Assembly (NCBI GenBank): GCA_021463345.1
Contig: JAJTYM010000007.1
Span: 19,641 to 83,640, forward strand
Length of the DNA stretch: 64,000 nucleotides
From: Pseudobdellovibrionaceae bacterium
Lineage (GTDB): Bacteria; Bdellovibrionota; Bdellovibrionia; Bdellovibrionales; JAMPXM01
Direction: 5' to 3'
Part shown: positions 63,895 through 64,000 of the stretch, in pieces
Layout of the letters: each line of letters opens with the position of its first letter
Position numbering within the stretch: position 1 is the first letter of the stretch
Notes under the pieces: model-generated
Databases searched by the model: none
The model's input: only the letters and a program-made list of their open reading frames with translations
Told to the model about the DNA's origin: nothing
Made by a program: the position numbers and the translations under genes

Positions 63895-64000
63895 ATGATC
63901 GCGCACAAAAGAACCTGGAAAGCCGCGGCGTCGGCGGCACTCGTGCCGGCGGCGGTCGTCATTTCGGCGTGTTCCGGCCAGAAGTTCGGGCTCCAGCCCG
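63895..64000 (+). CDS. 5' end of a lipoprotein gene (partial)
   Basis: MIAHKRTWKAAASAALVPAAVVISACSGQKFGLQP has a signal peptide with lipobox ISAC. It runs off the window. Confidence 0.5.
   Translation, partial: MIAHKRTWKAAASAALVPAAVVISACSGQKFGLQP

Noticed and set aside
1-64000. A search by eye for rRNA, tRNA (GGTTCGAATCC-type T-arms), transposase or integrase genes, phage structural genes, and known defence-system enzymes such as restriction-modification or CBASS/retron-type components.
   Set aside because: None were recognised. The only accessory-looking element is the truncated low-GC hipA at the left edge. AddAB is treated as housekeeping recombination and repair.

Overview
This is a 64-kb, high-G+C chromosomal segment; 60-nt lines I hand-counted gave about 65-75% G+C. 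It comes from a diderm bacterium, as shown by lpxH, mlaFED and many beta-barrel or lipoprotein genes. I support about 55 protein-coding genes. I found no rRNA, tRNA, CRISPR array, transposase or integrase. Most genes are housekeeping. In map order they are: ftsQ-ftsA-ftsZ with lpxH overlapping the ftsZ stop; a CBS-pair protein; the nadK-recN-hydrolase operon; an M3 peptidase; an acyl-CoA ligase; a PEGA-domain Ser/Thr kinase; coaE; addB-addA; nadB; alr; mlaE-mlaF-mlaD; purH; a YhaM-like OB/HD nuclease; cysE; rsmI; a NUDIX hydrolase; a HAD hydrolase; and phnDCE. Long antisense and alternative-frame ORFs in the supplied track are the usual high-GC artefacts. Several track ORFs carry false N-terminal extensions, so I give corrected starts. 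I see no recognisable canonical defence, mobile or biosynthetic system. The stretches I consider most worth follow-up are: (1) 24.6-30.6 kb, a cluster of three paralogous outer-membrane barrels sharing an N-terminal (A/T)(L/M)(G/A)MG(N/G)A motif and a C-terminal RRY...F strand, interleaved with two apparently paralogous Cys-containing lipoproteins and one further small barrel. (2) 40.5-44.9 kb, an adjacent histidine-kinase-like protein and receiver-GGDEF protein. Both appear to have lost their phosphotransfer residues, and the kinase-like protein carries a roughly 370-aa Pro-rich tail. (3) 14.5-19.2 kb, a block made only of exported proteins of unknown function, including a translationally coupled three-gene operon and a Gly/Tyr-repeat, Cys-rich lipoprotein. 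(4) The low-GC hipA 3' end at the left edge. All functional calls rest on motifs read by eye plus family knowledge; no searches were run.
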